The notes under the pieces were generated by a model. The model did no database searches and was not told the DNA's origin. It saw only the letters and a list, made by a program, of their open reading frames with translations. A stretch of 64,000 bases of DNA from the IMG/VR virus record IMGVR_UViG_3300046690_000339, positions 15,900-79,899 of that record. One strand, 5' to 3'. The translations under genes and the position numbers were made by a program. The stretch is from a virus. Of this stretch, positions 29,301 through 38,435 are shown piece after piece (position 1 is the stretch's first letter; each line of letters begins with the position of its first letter).

Positions 29301-30172
29301 GGACCGCCACGCGCTAGCAGGTTACGCGTTACTTGAACTCGCGTTGCCTGATCGGCGATACTTGCTAACCCCTTTGATAGCTTTCCAATCAAGCCTTCCG
29401 GATCGTCGGCGAACTTTAGGAGTTCATTGGCAGTGAGGCCAATTTTATGAAGCGCCTCGACAGTTGCGGGCGACCCTTCAATGACTGCTTTCTGAAACTG
29501 ATTGACGCTTCTAGCAAAGTCCTCGATTGAACTGCCGGTGTCGTTGGCGATTGGCTTTAACTTGAGAAGTGTTTCGCCGGTAAAGCCAGTCTGATCGGCT
29601 AGGTTATTTAATGCACCGGTTGCGTTGAATGCTTCCTTAATAAAACCGACGGCAAAGCCGACGCTAAAGACAAGGCCGACAGACTTGGCGACGGCAAGCA
29701 GACTGCCCATCGAGGACGTTAAACCGCTTGCGCTCGTGGCACTTTCGGCTAATGAACTGTTAACATTTTTGGAGCCTGCCCTGACGCTGTCCTCGAAGTC
29801 TTTGAACGCGGCGCGGCTGGCAGTTAAGGCGTCTTGACGGATTTTCTCGAACCGAGCGAATTCCGCCGCATCGCTCTTGACGCCAGTGGTAGCACTAGGA
29901 GCACGCGGAGCCGCGCCCGCGAGATTCGCAGCGGCTAAAGTGGATATGTTTTTAAAGCCACCCGGCGCAACCGTATTGACGGCTGCCGCTGTCGCCGCTT
30001 GATCGGCGCGAAACTTTCGCGAGGCGGCATCGATTGAAGCGAAACTTTCAATCCCAGCGGCGCCGATGTTGGCAAAGCTCGTCTTGAAATCATTTTCAAG
30101 AGTCTTGATGTCGTTTTGTATCGTCGCGATATTCGCTTCGATGACAATAGTTTGTTTAATCTCGTCAGCCAT
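26345..30172 (-). CDS. Tape measure protein
   Basis: 1275 aa Ala-rich helical ORF after the chaperone; C-terminal YHRGG/FHSGG...GEFVI motifs. Confidence 0.9.
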   Translation of the reverse strand: MADEIKQTIVIEANIATIQNDIKTLENDFKTSFANIGAAGIESFASIDAASRKFRADQAATAAAVNTVAPGGFKNISTLAAANLAGAAPRAPSATTGVKSDAAEFARFEKIRQDALTASRAAFKDFEDSVRAGSKNVNSSLAESATSASGLTSSMGSLLAVAKSVGLVFSVGFAVGFIKEAFNATGALNNLADQTGFTGETLLKLKPIANDTGSSIEDFARSVNQFQKAVIEGSPATVEALHKIGLTANELLKFADDPEGLIGKLSKGLASIADQATRVQVTRNLLARGGPQLAAAFAGIEKRGGIEGIQAEKPLVTSEQIAAINSVTAAFDRAKISLEALAAVRILEVFDLFVKIGKAVDLVIDKIDKLREKLPAFGPTREDVAALIAQNKAASEVPASPQAELEAAKQSTTFRNFPAPISARPIDLSKATFGTPSEIAKLSVGPQETDNQIQFKKSLDETIESLRSQVLGLTASKEAQIANAAAALVTKAGLIDLTTANAEFVAQLEKFKKVSLELQQAQFADQLTKGNQALKIQIATMVEGKASADDLALSYEIANAKLGNMGDAARKAAKEQRELHKALAEAEIPQIKNTLESEQNLAEIKNKPGDISTNISGINTDALQKASDALDKIIADKFTSPVVKNLAINAKLEIEPQLDTSKLKTIKEQVLIDFESAERTADAVNKVFANSFDESAAKIESLKTQLANALKVDRGADKTPEAHDLVNKLSAQLDQKQLAKPFEDVDRELEIANVQAALLGRTFDLSGARVQVVQSHLAQMASGGLKSSVEEAKQLAEQLRNLKVADIFSNLQKNLEDIRADAEILGGAIDLPSESINALTEALKRLRAEGFKPLSPEIEVVKAQLEDAKAAEHFAQAFQDIGRSAIDALTDLADGAKIKDVAKRLASNINRAITDALITKPFEEWIKKQTNDLFGGFLKLPIPGAIPAGQSVGIPGAAGQIAGAASQTQPAIIAIQTVATEASAAIQTTGLTTQTSIQAVSTESMTGIQAGLGVAETTITTLGAATEASIAALQAVAITAIEAAGAANSVGSNGSNLASSIPLLGSLFSSGGAAADTGAQAVGGGLLALGYHRGGIIGHSPTFTRSVSLASSQNLPRFHSGGQMSHGGVKGTDLKPGERMIIAEDGEFVINKKTAMTIGADKLQKLNRAEATVTPRFHFGGMIREFSTGGLIDSNDIGSIPQWSSGRTDAPSSTTFQAGTIPQASLMLPGGSRGINNGPSANVAIFNNPQFQNRQSVGQASAQLAAAMESGKRNR

Positions 30173-30557
30173 TATCGATCATCTCAGCTCGACTAACTTT
30201 GCGCCGGCCTTTGGGAGCGCGTTGTTTGTGTTGCGAGAGGATGCCGACGAAAAACATATCGATTTCGGCGGCTGTCGCTTCGCGCACGTGAGGGTCTTCG
30301 TCACCTGATGATTTGAGCCCAGGAAAGATATCGGCTGCGGTGAATGGATTGTGATGCCGCTTGGTGTCGCGATAGACGTTATAGGTCGCCGCAGCGATGG
30401 TGCCGGCGCAAAGAAATTCTCGCTCGGTTTTTTCTCGATGGCGCTTGGCGAGAGCATGAAACTCCGTGAAGGTCAGGTTCCAGAAACGTGCCTCACTTAG
30501 CCCGAGCTCGACTACTGCAAAGGTCCAGAGGTCGAGCCAGGGCGTAGGGCCAAAGGG
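30165..30557 (-). CDS. gpT-like -1 frameshift extension of the tail assembly chaperone
   Basis: Slippery CCCTTTG at 30551-30557; the -1 frame reads WLDLW...LGLSEARFWNLTFTEF... to TGA at 30165. Confidence 0.75.
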   Translation of the reverse strand, partial: PFGPTPWLDLWTFAVVELGLSEARFWNLTFTEFHALAKRHREKTEREFLCAGTIAAATYNVYRDTKRHHNPFTAADIFPGLKSSGDEDPHVREATAAEIDMFFVGILSQHKQRAPKGRRKVSRAEMIDNG

Positions 30558-30940
30558 CGTTCATCAGTCGCTCCGTTTGTCTTAGCCTGATCGGCCTTGG
30601 TGGTAGCCGTCAAATAGTAATCCCAGATCAATGTCAGGATCTTGGAGCGCGTGAGCGGCGAGACTTCGATCAGGTCGGGTACGTCATCAATGGCCAGGTT
30701 CGGCTCTTCGTCGGTCAGTCCGGCCCACAACAAGACCATCAGCAAATCAAGCGGAAAACTCCCATTGTCATTAAGCGAAGTCTTGGCGCCCTGAATGATC
30801 AAAAAATCAATGGAGGCAAACTGGCCAATTTCGGCGCCGCGCCGTCGGTTGATTTCCCGCTCGGCGCGCATCAAGGCTTTTAGGTTGAGCTTGAATTTCC
30901 GTTTACGATCTAATTCGATTTCGATCGGTTCATATAGCAT
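30512..30940 (-). CDS. Tail assembly chaperone (gpG-like)
   Basis: Lies between tube and tape measure genes; LLWAGL motif. Confidence 0.8.
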   Translation of the reverse strand: MLYEPIEIELDRKRKFKLNLKALMRAEREINRRRGAEIGQFASIDFLIIQGAKTSLNDNGSFPLDLLMVLLWAGLTDEEPNLAIDDVPDLIEVSPLTRSKILTLIWDYYLTATTKADQAKTNGATDERPLALRPGSTSGPLQ

Positions 30941-30991
30941 TTAAACATCTCCGAGCTGATTGCGCCCTGTTAATCTGAGCCTGAATTTTGC

Positions 30992-31426
30992 TTACGACAT
31001 CTCGATCGCTGATGGCAGACCGGTTACCTTGATACTCCAGTTGAGAAATACCAGCGCCGAGAAATCCAGCGGCAAATCGAATTTGGATACACGGCCCTCA
31101 TATTCCCAACCATCAGTTAGTTCAGGCGCCAACAATGTCCGCCAGAGCAATTTCGTCTGATCGATGAAGTCCTGATAAAGCTGTTTGTGCATGGCAATAT
31201 TAGTGCTGTAAGCCAACACTAGCGTTAAATCATCGCCTTGCTTGATCGTCGGCACATTCTCTTCAAAGCTGCCCGGCGAGTCGTGATTGGTTCCATCGGC
31301 GTAGACTTGCGTCGCCGAAGGCGCAGGAATGATTCGCATCTGCGGCACGGCCTCGAAAACTAAAGTGTCCGGGTTGCGGCGATAGAGCTGCGAACCTTTG
31401 GCATAAGTGAGTTGACTTGCGGGCAT
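30992..31426 (-). CDS. Major tail tube protein
   Basis: TNHDSPG...EE.VPTIKQG...IKVTG; strong GGAGG SD. Confidence 0.8.
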   Translation of the reverse strand: MPASQLTYAKGSQLYRRNPDTLVFEAVPQMRIIPAPSATQVYADGTNHDSPGSFEENVPTIKQGDDLTLVLAYSTNIAMHKQLYQDFIDQTKLLWRTLLAPELTDGWEYEGRVSKFDLPLDFSALVFLNWSIKVTGLPSAIEMS

Positions 31427-31452
31427 TGGGTAGTCCTCCTATGGATTACGAT

Positions 31453-31905
31453 TCAGGAATTAAAAGCGCTCACGCTTGGATCTTTTTCCTCTGTTGCGTA
31501 GGTGATAACAAAATTAATATCTGCCCCGGCACGGGGGTAATGTTCGTCGAGAAAGAGCCATTTAGTCCCGATCTTAACCGTATCGGCAGCGAATCCTCCG
31601 CGCTTGGTGTCCACGAGCAGGGCCTTATGCACGTCTCCGATAATTGCACCAAGCGTTTTACGAGATCTTTCTGCTCCTTCGTCAACGACCACCCGGACGG
31701 CGACGCGAAGTTTTTCGAGATAGGCATCATCGTTGGGGCCATGCGTCATGTTTTCAGTGACTTCCTCGTCTGGAATCACACCGACCGCAGGCCGAGAGAC
31801 CTTGTAAAGCTCGAAGGTTCCCTGCGCTATCGTCACTATCGATTCGACTTGAGACAACGTCTCTTCGATATCGTCCAGAATGAGATCCTGAATTGTGTCG
31901 GCCAT
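31453..31905 (-). CDS. Tail terminator (gpU-like)
   Basis: Position, acidic composition, ITY...DP C-terminus. Confidence 0.65.
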   Translation of the reverse strand: MADTIQDLILDDIEETLSQVESIVTIAQGTFELYKVSRPAVGVIPDEEVTENMTHGPNDDAYLEKLRVAVRVVVDEGAERSRKTLGAIIGDVHKALLVDTKRGGFAADTVKIGTKWLFLDEHYPRAGADINFVITYATEEKDPSVSAFNS

Positions 31906-31908
31906 TAT

Positions 31909-32469
31909 TCATCCGGTCACAAAGCGAAACGCGCGCGCGACTTCCAGCGGTACTTTCTCGCGCAGGTATTCTATGATCTTGCCCTTGATTTTTTTCCGTG
32001 AGAAAACCAGCGCAACAGACGGGCCGAATAATTCTTGGATCGGCAGGCGCGACTTGCTGCTGCGCTTGAAAACTCCGATGTGGCCGCTTCTCACTCGCGC
32101 AATGAACGATCCTGGAATTAGCTTCGACTGCGTTCCGTATCTGACGCCGCCCTCGGGCCTGCGCTTGGTCACGCTTTTAGGTTTCGGCTTCATCTCGTAA
32201 ATCGGAATGCGGTCTTTCTTCGATGAAAACGCTGTCAAGCGCGCCTGCGGTTTCGCGCCTGTCGCCTTGGTGAGCGTGATGTTTCGCCGAATCGTCTTTT
32301 GCGAGCTGGCCCCGATATCGGCCTGGACCTCGCGCACGGCCAATGTAAATGCGCCCGCAGCGGGTTTGTTGATGCCAGCGGCGGCCAAGCTTGGATAGCG
32401 TTTGACCTTCTGGTCGAGCTTGCGCGCCAGGCCGGCGGCGTCGGTGGTGACTCGTAAGGTGTTGGCCAT
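31909..32469 (-). CDS. Tail completion protein (gpZ-like)
   Basis: Basic; GSFIA...GVFKR...RLPIQELFGPSV; start ATG 32469. Confidence 0.8.
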   Translation of the reverse strand: MANTLRVTTDAAGLARKLDQKVKRYPSLAAAGINKPAAGAFTLAVREVQADIGASSQKTIRRNITLTKATGAKPQARLTAFSSKKDRIPIYEMKPKPKSVTKRRPEGGVRYGTQSKLIPGSFIARVRSGHIGVFKRSSKSRLPIQELFGPSVALVFSRKKIKGKIIEYLREKVPLEVARAFRFVTG

Positions 32470-33230
32470 TAGGCCGCCTCTTTCGCGTGATAGTTCTCGA
32501 CGACCCAGGGAGATTCGTATGTCGTTTTCTTCTCGATGATGGCCCACGGTTTGACGCCGCCGTAAAAAAACACGATGCGCGCCTGCTCCGGTAAGCGCCG
32601 TTTATGCTCGGCCCGAATGCTCGGCCAGCCATAGACGCCGTCGTCCTGACTCCAGCCCTTCTCGTCGGGGCCCAGCACATGACGGATCCACGCCTGGTCG
32701 GTGCCCATGTAGGAGCTCGCCGCGCGTACGCTCGGGTTGCCGTAAAACTCTTTCCATACCTGCTTTCTCGCGCCGGCGGACATCATCCACATCGAGCCCT
32801 GGTAGCAGTTGACCAGGTCGAACGGGATCGCCTGAACATGACGGCGATAAATCAGGAAATCTTCCGGCCGGTCGAAAAGGCTGTCGAGGTTTTGCAAAAC
32901 GACACAGTCGAGATCGATGCTGACAAAGCGTGGACCGAAAAACTCCGCAGCCTCCTCGCTGAAGGCTTTGAGCCGGACGTAACAATGAGCCCTGCCGCGA
33001 CCCCATCTCTCGTTTCTCACCGTGCGCCAGTCGTCCCACAGCGGGATGGGAGTGATTAAAGGATCATAGGTGGCGTCGGGCTGATCGGTGGCCAGGACAA
33101 AACGGTGCGGCAAAGTCAGGTTCCGATGAATCATGCGCGCCCAGGTGTTAACATGATCCGCCGTGTACGTGACTTTGCCGTTGTCCTGCTTCCAGAGCCA
33201 GCCGACTATGGTCAACATGAATCTCGCCAA
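32469..33230 (-). CDS. GT-A-like glycosyltransferase
   Basis: HVN...RFVLATD...SIDLDCVV (DxD)...TDQAW; paralogue of 42950..43657. Confidence 0.7.
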   Translation of the reverse strand: MARFMLTIVGWLWKQDNGKVTYTADHVNTWARMIHRNLTLPHRFVLATDQPDATYDPLITPIPLWDDWRTVRNERWGRGRAHCYVRLKAFSEEAAEFFGPRFVSIDLDCVVLQNLDSLFDRPEDFLIYRRHVQAIPFDLVNCYQGSMWMMSAGARKQVWKEFYGNPSVRAASSYMGTDQAWIRHVLGPDEKGWSQDDGVYGWPSIRAEHKRRLPEQARIVFFYGGVKPWAIIEKKTTYESPWVVENYHAKEAA

Positions 33231-33232
33231 TC

Positions 33233-34261
33233 TTACGAAGCGTTATCCAGTCCGACCTTGATGACTGCGTTCGGCCGCTTGTTGATCGGCAGAGGATTGC
33301 TCTGAGCCTCGAACTGGACACCCTTGTCGAAATCCATCAACTTCTGTTTGCTGTAGTAGGGCAGCCCGATCGTGTTGACGGTCTCGACGTAGTTGGCCGG
33401 CGCAAAATAGGTCTTCCACATCTCGGGAACACCAATCGGGAAAACGAAGGCTTCGTCGGCTTCGATATAATTCGTGCCGTTGACGTTGCCGCGGTACTCT
33501 TCCCATACGATGTTGCCGATGCGAACCGCGCCGTAGCGCAAGTCATCTTCGCGGAAGAAACGAGCGTCTTGCCAGTTGAGGTAATATTGCGCGACTTTCG
33601 CGTGACCGAGCAGGGCATCGATGAACTCTGATCCCGCAAATCCATGAATCGCCTGATAGGTGAAAGCGCCGAGAGCCGACTCGATCTTGCGGATGATCTG
33701 ACGACACTGTCCGACCACGTCCGTTCCAGCAGTGCTGAGCTCCATGTCATGAGTTTGCTGCGTGACATTGAGCTGGGTGAAAAGATCGTAGAGCGTGGTA
33801 ACGTTGCCGGACTTGTCGATCTGCAAAATCAGCCCCTTCAGCGCGCCGATCTTCATCCACTCGATCGTCACATCGAGCTTGTCTTTCATGCGCTGGAGTT
33901 CGCGGTTGACCTTGGCGTCGATCGCGTCGCGCTCCGTCTCCGAGCCAAAGGCGCGGATGCCCTGGACTTCGTCGGCCATGACGGCGCCTTGTTGGGGCAA
34001 ATGCGGGACGGCCAAGTTCCGCAGCACCCGCTTGTCATCGACAACGACTGATGCGGGCGCATTGCGCGCAACGGTCGGAACGAGCGATAACGAGCCGCTG
34101 ACCTCTTCGATATCAACACTCAAGGTGTCGATGCCCTGCTCCTCGAAAAGACCCATCTCGGAGAGGCGCATGGGTTTGTGCGGGAGTTTGTTGATGGTGT
34201 CGGTGAGCGACGTCAGGCTGTAGCCATCCGCCTTAAATACATCGAGCATATTACCGGGCAT
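33233..34261 (-). CDS. Major capsid protein (lambda gpE family)
   Basis: SLTDTINKLP, DEVQGIRAFG, GALKG and QSNPLPI motifs. Confidence 0.92.
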   Translation of the reverse strand: MPGNMLDVFKADGYSLTSLTDTINKLPHKPMRLSEMGLFEEQGIDTLSVDIEEVSGSLSLVPTVARNAPASVVVDDKRVLRNLAVPHLPQQGAVMADEVQGIRAFGSETERDAIDAKVNRELQRMKDKLDVTIEWMKIGALKGLILQIDKSGNVTTLYDLFTQLNVTQQTHDMELSTAGTDVVGQCRQIIRKIESALGAFTYQAIHGFAGSEFIDALLGHAKVAQYYLNWQDARFFREDDLRYGAVRIGNIVWEEYRGNVNGTNYIEADEAFVFPIGVPEMWKTYFAPANYVETVNTIGLPYYSKQKLMDFDKGVQFEAQSNPLPINKRPNAVIKVGLDNAS

Positions 34262-34308
34262 GGGTTTTTCTCCTTTGTTCGTTCAGCGCTTGGAGCCGCT
34301 GGTTTTTG

Positions 34309-34674
34309 TTAGTCGCGGACAATAATTCCGAGCGCCAAGAGATCCGCCCGTCCGGCAGTAATCGCTGTGCCGTCGCTGCTGCCCCAATCGAGCATTGCGG
34401 CCTTGACGACGCAGTCGCGGACAATCACCGCAGCCTTCTTATCGCCGCCGCTGGCGTCGCAGTCGTCAAAGAGAATTCCGGCAGCCGCTTGCGTGCCGTC
34501 GCTGGCGCCGTTGTCGTAAACCGCATATTTCCCGCCAGAAGTGATTTTGCCGAGTACCTTGCAGGCCGTGAGGTTCTGCCCGCTGACGACGGTCACTTCC
34601 TCGCGCGAGCGATCGTAATTCGCCTCGCTCAGAATAAATTCGCCGCTATGTTTGCCTTCAGTTTTCGCCGCCAT
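34309..34674 (-). CDS. Head decoration protein (gpD-like)
   Basis: EFILSEA...SRE...GQNL..VLG...LGIIVR. Confidence 0.88.
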   Translation of the reverse strand: MAAKTEGKHSGEFILSEANYDRSREEVTVVSGQNLTACKVLGKITSGGKYAVYDNGASDGTQAAAGILFDDCDASGGDKKAAVIVRDCVVKAAMLDWGSSDGTAITAGRADLLALGIIVRD

Positions 34675-34701
34675 GTTTTGTCCTCCTGAGTTTTGGAACG
34701 T

Positions 34702-35805
34702 TTATTTTTGCTGTTTTCGGCGCAGCGCGTAGATCTCTGCCGCGGTTGATGTCGGCTTCGTTTTCTCCGTGCGCCGCTCGGCTTCAGGCGCAAGCTTGTT
34801 ATCGATCTCCGGCCCCTGGCGCGCGATCAGAACGTCGAAAAGATCGTCGGCGACTTCTTTCACCGACATGCCGGCTTTGATGTAGTTATTCGCCCGGTCC
34901 GGAAGTCTGGCGGCAAGGCAGCGCGCGCGAATCTTGGTGGCGTCGGCGAGCTTCGATTTGACCTCGTCCGCGCTCAGCCCACGGTCGAGGAACGACGCGG
35001 CGGCTTCCGGCACGCCGGCATCTGTGCATGCAGCGAGAATATCGCGGGCGCGTTTCTCGCCCGCCTTCTGAGCGTTCTCTACATTTTTGGCGCTTTGATG
35101 GGCAGCTTCTGCTTCTTCGGCGGCAATCTCCTCGGCGGTTTTCGCCGGTGCCGCTGGCTCTGGCTCGGTGACTGGTGCCGGTTTCGGGTCGGGTTCCGGT
35201 GTTTCGGCAAAAGGCTTGAGAGCAGTGGGAAGGTTTTTGAAAGTCGCAAGGTTCGCATTTGCCGCCATCTTCACCGAGTCGGTGACTTCATCGGCCAGGC
35301 CCGCATCGAGCGCTTCCTGAGCGCTGAACCAAGTGTCCTCGTTCATCCATTTTTTGACTTCTTTTTCGCTTTTGCCGGTTTTGACCATGTAGGTCGATTG
35401 CAGGGCACCGGCGATCTTCTGCAGCTCGTCGGCCACGCTGATCATGTCTTCGGCGTCGCCGATGACGATGGCGAGCGGGTCGTGAATAAACATAAACGTG
35501 TTGGCCGGCATGATGACTTTGTCGCCGGCCATGGCGATGATCGAAGCGATTGAAGCGGCGATGCCATAGACCTCGACCGTGACGTTGGCGGGGTGGCGCT
35601 TGAGCGCGTTGTAAATGGCGATGCCGTCGAAGACCTCGCCGCCGTTTGAATTGATCCGCACGCGGATGTTTTGAATATTGTCGCCAAGTGCTTTCAGATC
35701 GCCGATAAAATCCCTGGCGCTGATGCCCCAATAACCGATGATGTCGAAGATATCGATGAGCGCTTCGTTCTCGTTCTGAGCTCTGATGGAATACCAAGTT
35801 TTCAT
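34702..35805 (-). CDS. ClpP-type head maturation protease/scaffold
   Basis: INSNGGEVFDG, AASIASIIAMAG, FIHDP and TWFSAQEA motifs. Confidence 0.92.
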   Translation of the reverse strand: MKTWYSIRAQNENEALIDIFDIIGYWGISARDFIGDLKALGDNIQNIRVRINSNGGEVFDGIAIYNALKRHPANVTVEVYGIAASIASIIAMAGDKVIMPANTFMFIHDPLAIVIGDAEDMISVADELQKIAGALQSTYMVKTGKSEKEVKKWMNEDTWFSAQEALDAGLADEVTDSVKMAANANLATFKNLPTALKPFAETPEPDPKPAPVTEPEPAAPAKTAEEIAAEEAEAAHQSAKNVENAQKAGEKRARDILAACTDAGVPEAAASFLDRGLSADEVKSKLADATKIRARCLAARLPDRANNYIKAGMSVKEVADDLFDVLIARQGPEIDNKLAPEAERRTEKTKPTSTAAEIYALRRKQQK

Positions 35806-35824
35806 TTTTCACCTCGTAGAAACG

Positions 35825-35866
35825 AAAAAAGCCGCCCGACTCCCCGAAGGAAGTGGGCGGCTTTTT
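35825..35866. terminator. Bidirectional terminator-like hairpin
   Basis: A6-GCCGCCC...GGGCGGC-T5. Confidence 0.7.
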
Positions 35867-35914
35867 AGCGCCAAGCCGGCGGCGCGGTTATGAAATCAGT
35901 TGATCGTTCTTAAA

Positions 35915-36112
35915 TTAATCGCTCTCAGTCGTCAAGTCTGTTTTTCCGTGCCCCTCATAGAGCACTTTCACCGGTTCGCCGTTTTTCGCACCCAGGATGA
36001 CCTCGAAGTGGATCTTGGTGAGCGTGCGGTCGATCTCCAGCACCTTATCGCGGCGCGCAAGCTCGCGAATTATGACCTCGCTGATCCTTGTCGCTCGCGG
36101 TAGCATCAGCAC
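35915..36112 (-). CDS. Small hypothetical protein upstream of the hairpin
   Basis: Coupled ORF. Confidence 0.5.
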   Translation of the reverse strand: MLMLPRATRISEVIIRELARRDKVLEIDRTLTKIHFEVILGAKNGEPVKVLYEGHGKTDLTTESD

Positions 36113-36288
36113 TTCCCTGCTTCTTTGACCGTTTCCAAATCGACTACAGTGTCCATGATCTCGGCCATGCGCGGCAAGCCAACCTTTAACAATTCAAAAA
36201 AGATGTGAGCGCGATTGTAAAACTCAACGCCGTCAAAGCCGTAATTAGCCAGTGGAAGTGGATCGGGAATTAAGATGACTTGATCCAC
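36106..36288 (-). CDS. Hypothetical protein
   Basis: Coupled ORF. Confidence 0.4.
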   Translation of the reverse strand: MDQVILIPDPLPLANYGFDGVEFYNRAHIFFELLKVGLPRMAEIMDTVVDLETVKEAGKC

Positions 36289-36289
36289 G

Positions 36290-36523
36290 CTATCGCCCTA
36301 TTGTGTTTCCTTGTTTGTCTCTAACGTGCCAGCCTCTAGACACTTTTTCGATTTTCATTCCGCACAGAGTGGTATCTGGCGCTATATGATGGCTAAACTT
36401 AAAGCCAATTCCTCTGATGCACTCATCGAGATCGGCTTCGCTGGCCACTAATGTTAGGTCCGGCTTCTCCGCGTAAAGTTTCATAAACTCGTGACTCGCC
36501 CAAAGAAGATCGCCCAATTTCAT
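36290..36523 (-). CDS. Hypothetical protein
   Basis: MKLGDLLW start just after the portal stop. Confidence 0.4.
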   Translation of the reverse strand: MKLGDLLWASHEFMKLYAEKPDLTLVASEADLDECIRGIGFKFSHHIAPDTTLCGMKIEKVSRGWHVRDKQGNTIGR

Positions 36524-36524
36524 C

Positions 36525-38102
36525 CTAGTAGCCCGCCCCAGCCTGACTAGGGTCGGCATTTGGATCAGCATTCGGGTCGGCATTTGGATCCGCCTGCGGC
36601 GGCTTGCTTGCCGATGATCCAAAGTCTGAAACCAGGCCCAACTCGCGGTCGCGCTTCAAATCTTCCTGACGCTCCAAATCGATTTCTCTCACATCCTCGC
36701 CGTCTTCGCTCTTGATCCTCTTTCGGCTGGTGAGTCCGGCCTTGAGCGCCTGCACGTCGGCTTCCACGTCCTGCAGCGCATGGAGATATGGCCAGCCTTC
36801 CGGATGGCACGCGACTTTCTGATAATCCTGCGGCGCAACGCCGACCGGTTCCGGAAGCGCTCCGGATAAAATCGCTATATCAATAAAGTCCTTCCAGATC
36901 GGAAGGCAGACTTGCGGGATCGTCAATTGCCAGCGGTCCTGCTCGACGGAGCGATGATACTCGGCCAAAACAACGCGCAGCGTGCGGTCGTTCAGCTTGG
37001 AAAAATCGCCGCTGATGAATTCATAGGGCACGTCCTGGCCGGCGCCGATGCCGAGGAGCTGCTGGCGAACGAAATCGGCATAGCCGCCGCCACTACTATC
37101 GCCCTCGAAGAGCTTCACATCCTCGCCCGGCAGTGTCGTGAAAAACTGTCCGGCCTGAATGTCGGTCACAGGGATGCCGTTGAAATCCTTGTTGATCGGT
37201 TCGCCCGTCAGTGGGTCGAAAAGATCGTCGACGTCGGGCGTGTAAGTGGGGCGCGTGATCGCACCGGTGAAAGCCGAGCGGTTTTTCTTCCTGACGAGCT
37301 CGGCGTCATCATACTCATCGAAGTCCTTCGCCTTGATGAGCGCCTGGACGATCGCCGGCACGCCGCGGATCTGACCGGGCCGCAGCGGCGCGTAGTGATG
37401 AATCACCGACTCTGCAGGTATGGCTATAAGCTCCAGGTCGCGGAATTGCCCCAAAAAGAAATCGCCCGGGTGACTCCGATACATCCAATAGGCGCGGCGC
37501 TTGCCGATAGGGTCGAACTCGATGCCGGCGCGGACCGTCCGCCCGCCGGCAATGAACGAGTTTTGATCGTGCGGGCAAAGCTCCGGTTCGATCAGTTGGT
37601 ATTGCAGCGGGACCGGCAGACCGTCAGAGGAACGGCGCAGTCTGCGGCGAATGAAGATCTCCCCTGCCGCGCGGCGGGTGCGGACGATCTGGCTCAGCAT
37701 GCCACTAAAATCGAACATCCCGTCGGCGTCGAAATATTGCGATTGGCGCTCCCATAACTTGTCGGCCATCTTGCGCCACTCTTCATCAGGTGCTGCGGAT
37801 TTGAAAGTAATCCCACAGCCGATTTCATTGGCGACCCAGGAATTGACGCCCCTGGTGATCCAGGGATTGTTGCGGATCAAATCACGGCTGCGGTTTCTCA
37901 GCTGAGTCAGATCGCGGAGGATGGCCTGATTAGGACCGATCGCGCCGGGAAGCCAGCCAGCGAGGCGCCGGCCCATGGCACCGGCTTCGTATTGATTGCG
38001 GACTGATAGGCGCGAGGATGTTTTGGCGGTGCCGGTTTTTTTGGGCTTTGGTTTGCCGCGCTTGGCTTTGTTGCGCGGACGCGGTTTGCCTCTGGCGTTC
38101 AT
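36525..38102 (-). CDS. Portal protein (lambda gpB family)
   Basis: LRNRSRDL.RNN, GIEFD..G, RPGQIRGVP, GDFS and P.WPY motifs; start probably ATG 38102. Confidence 0.93.
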   Translation of the reverse strand: MNARGKPRPRNKAKRGKPKPKKTGTAKTSSRLSVRNQYEAGAMGRRLAGWLPGAIGPNQAILRDLTQLRNRSRDLIRNNPWITRGVNSWVANEIGCGITFKSAAPDEEWRKMADKLWERQSQYFDADGMFDFSGMLSQIVRTRRAAGEIFIRRRLRRSSDGLPVPLQYQLIEPELCPHDQNSFIAGGRTVRAGIEFDPIGKRRAYWMYRSHPGDFFLGQFRDLELIAIPAESVIHHYAPLRPGQIRGVPAIVQALIKAKDFDEYDDAELVRKKNRSAFTGAITRPTYTPDVDDLFDPLTGEPINKDFNGIPVTDIQAGQFFTTLPGEDVKLFEGDSSGGGYADFVRQQLLGIGAGQDVPYEFISGDFSKLNDRTLRVVLAEYHRSVEQDRWQLTIPQVCLPIWKDFIDIAILSGALPEPVGVAPQDYQKVACHPEGWPYLHALQDVEADVQALKAGLTSRKRIKSEDGEDVREIDLERQEDLKRDRELGLVSDFGSSASKPPQADPNADPNADPNADPSQAGAGY

Positions 38103-38359
38103 AATCCCTTGCAATACCTCGACCGAATAATCATCCGCCGGTGGCCGGTGACCTGCGCCAGTTCGTCTTGAAGCTCTTTTAAGCGCGCCTGGAGATCTTT
38201 ATAGGATGGACGCACGCCTTGCTCGCTGCGATCACCCTGGATACCCATGACTAAAGCGTTGCGGAGTCCGACGCTACCTTCCTTCGTCGACTCCATTTCT
38301 TTCAGCGCGCAACGAATGCGCTCGATATCAGCGTTGATTTCTGCGGCAGTGCGAGCCAT
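38099..38359 (-). CDS. Head completion protein (gpW-like)
   Basis: Position before the portal; S..DL...L..EL; ends KGL. Confidence 0.7.
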   Translation of the reverse strand: MARTAAEINADIERIRCALKEMESTKEGSVGLRNALVMGIQGDRSEQGVRPSYKDLQARLKELQDELAQVTGHRRMIIRSRYCKGL

Positions 38360-38435
38360 TTCTGCGATACGCTAAATTAAATTGCGCAGTCGCGCAACTG
38401 CAAAGCACAACTAATTGGGGTTTGATGGGTCGGCG

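Noticed and set aside
30179-30457. 92-aa ORF as the second chaperone
   Set aside because: Wrong frame; the gpT-like motif is in the -1 frame ending at 30165.
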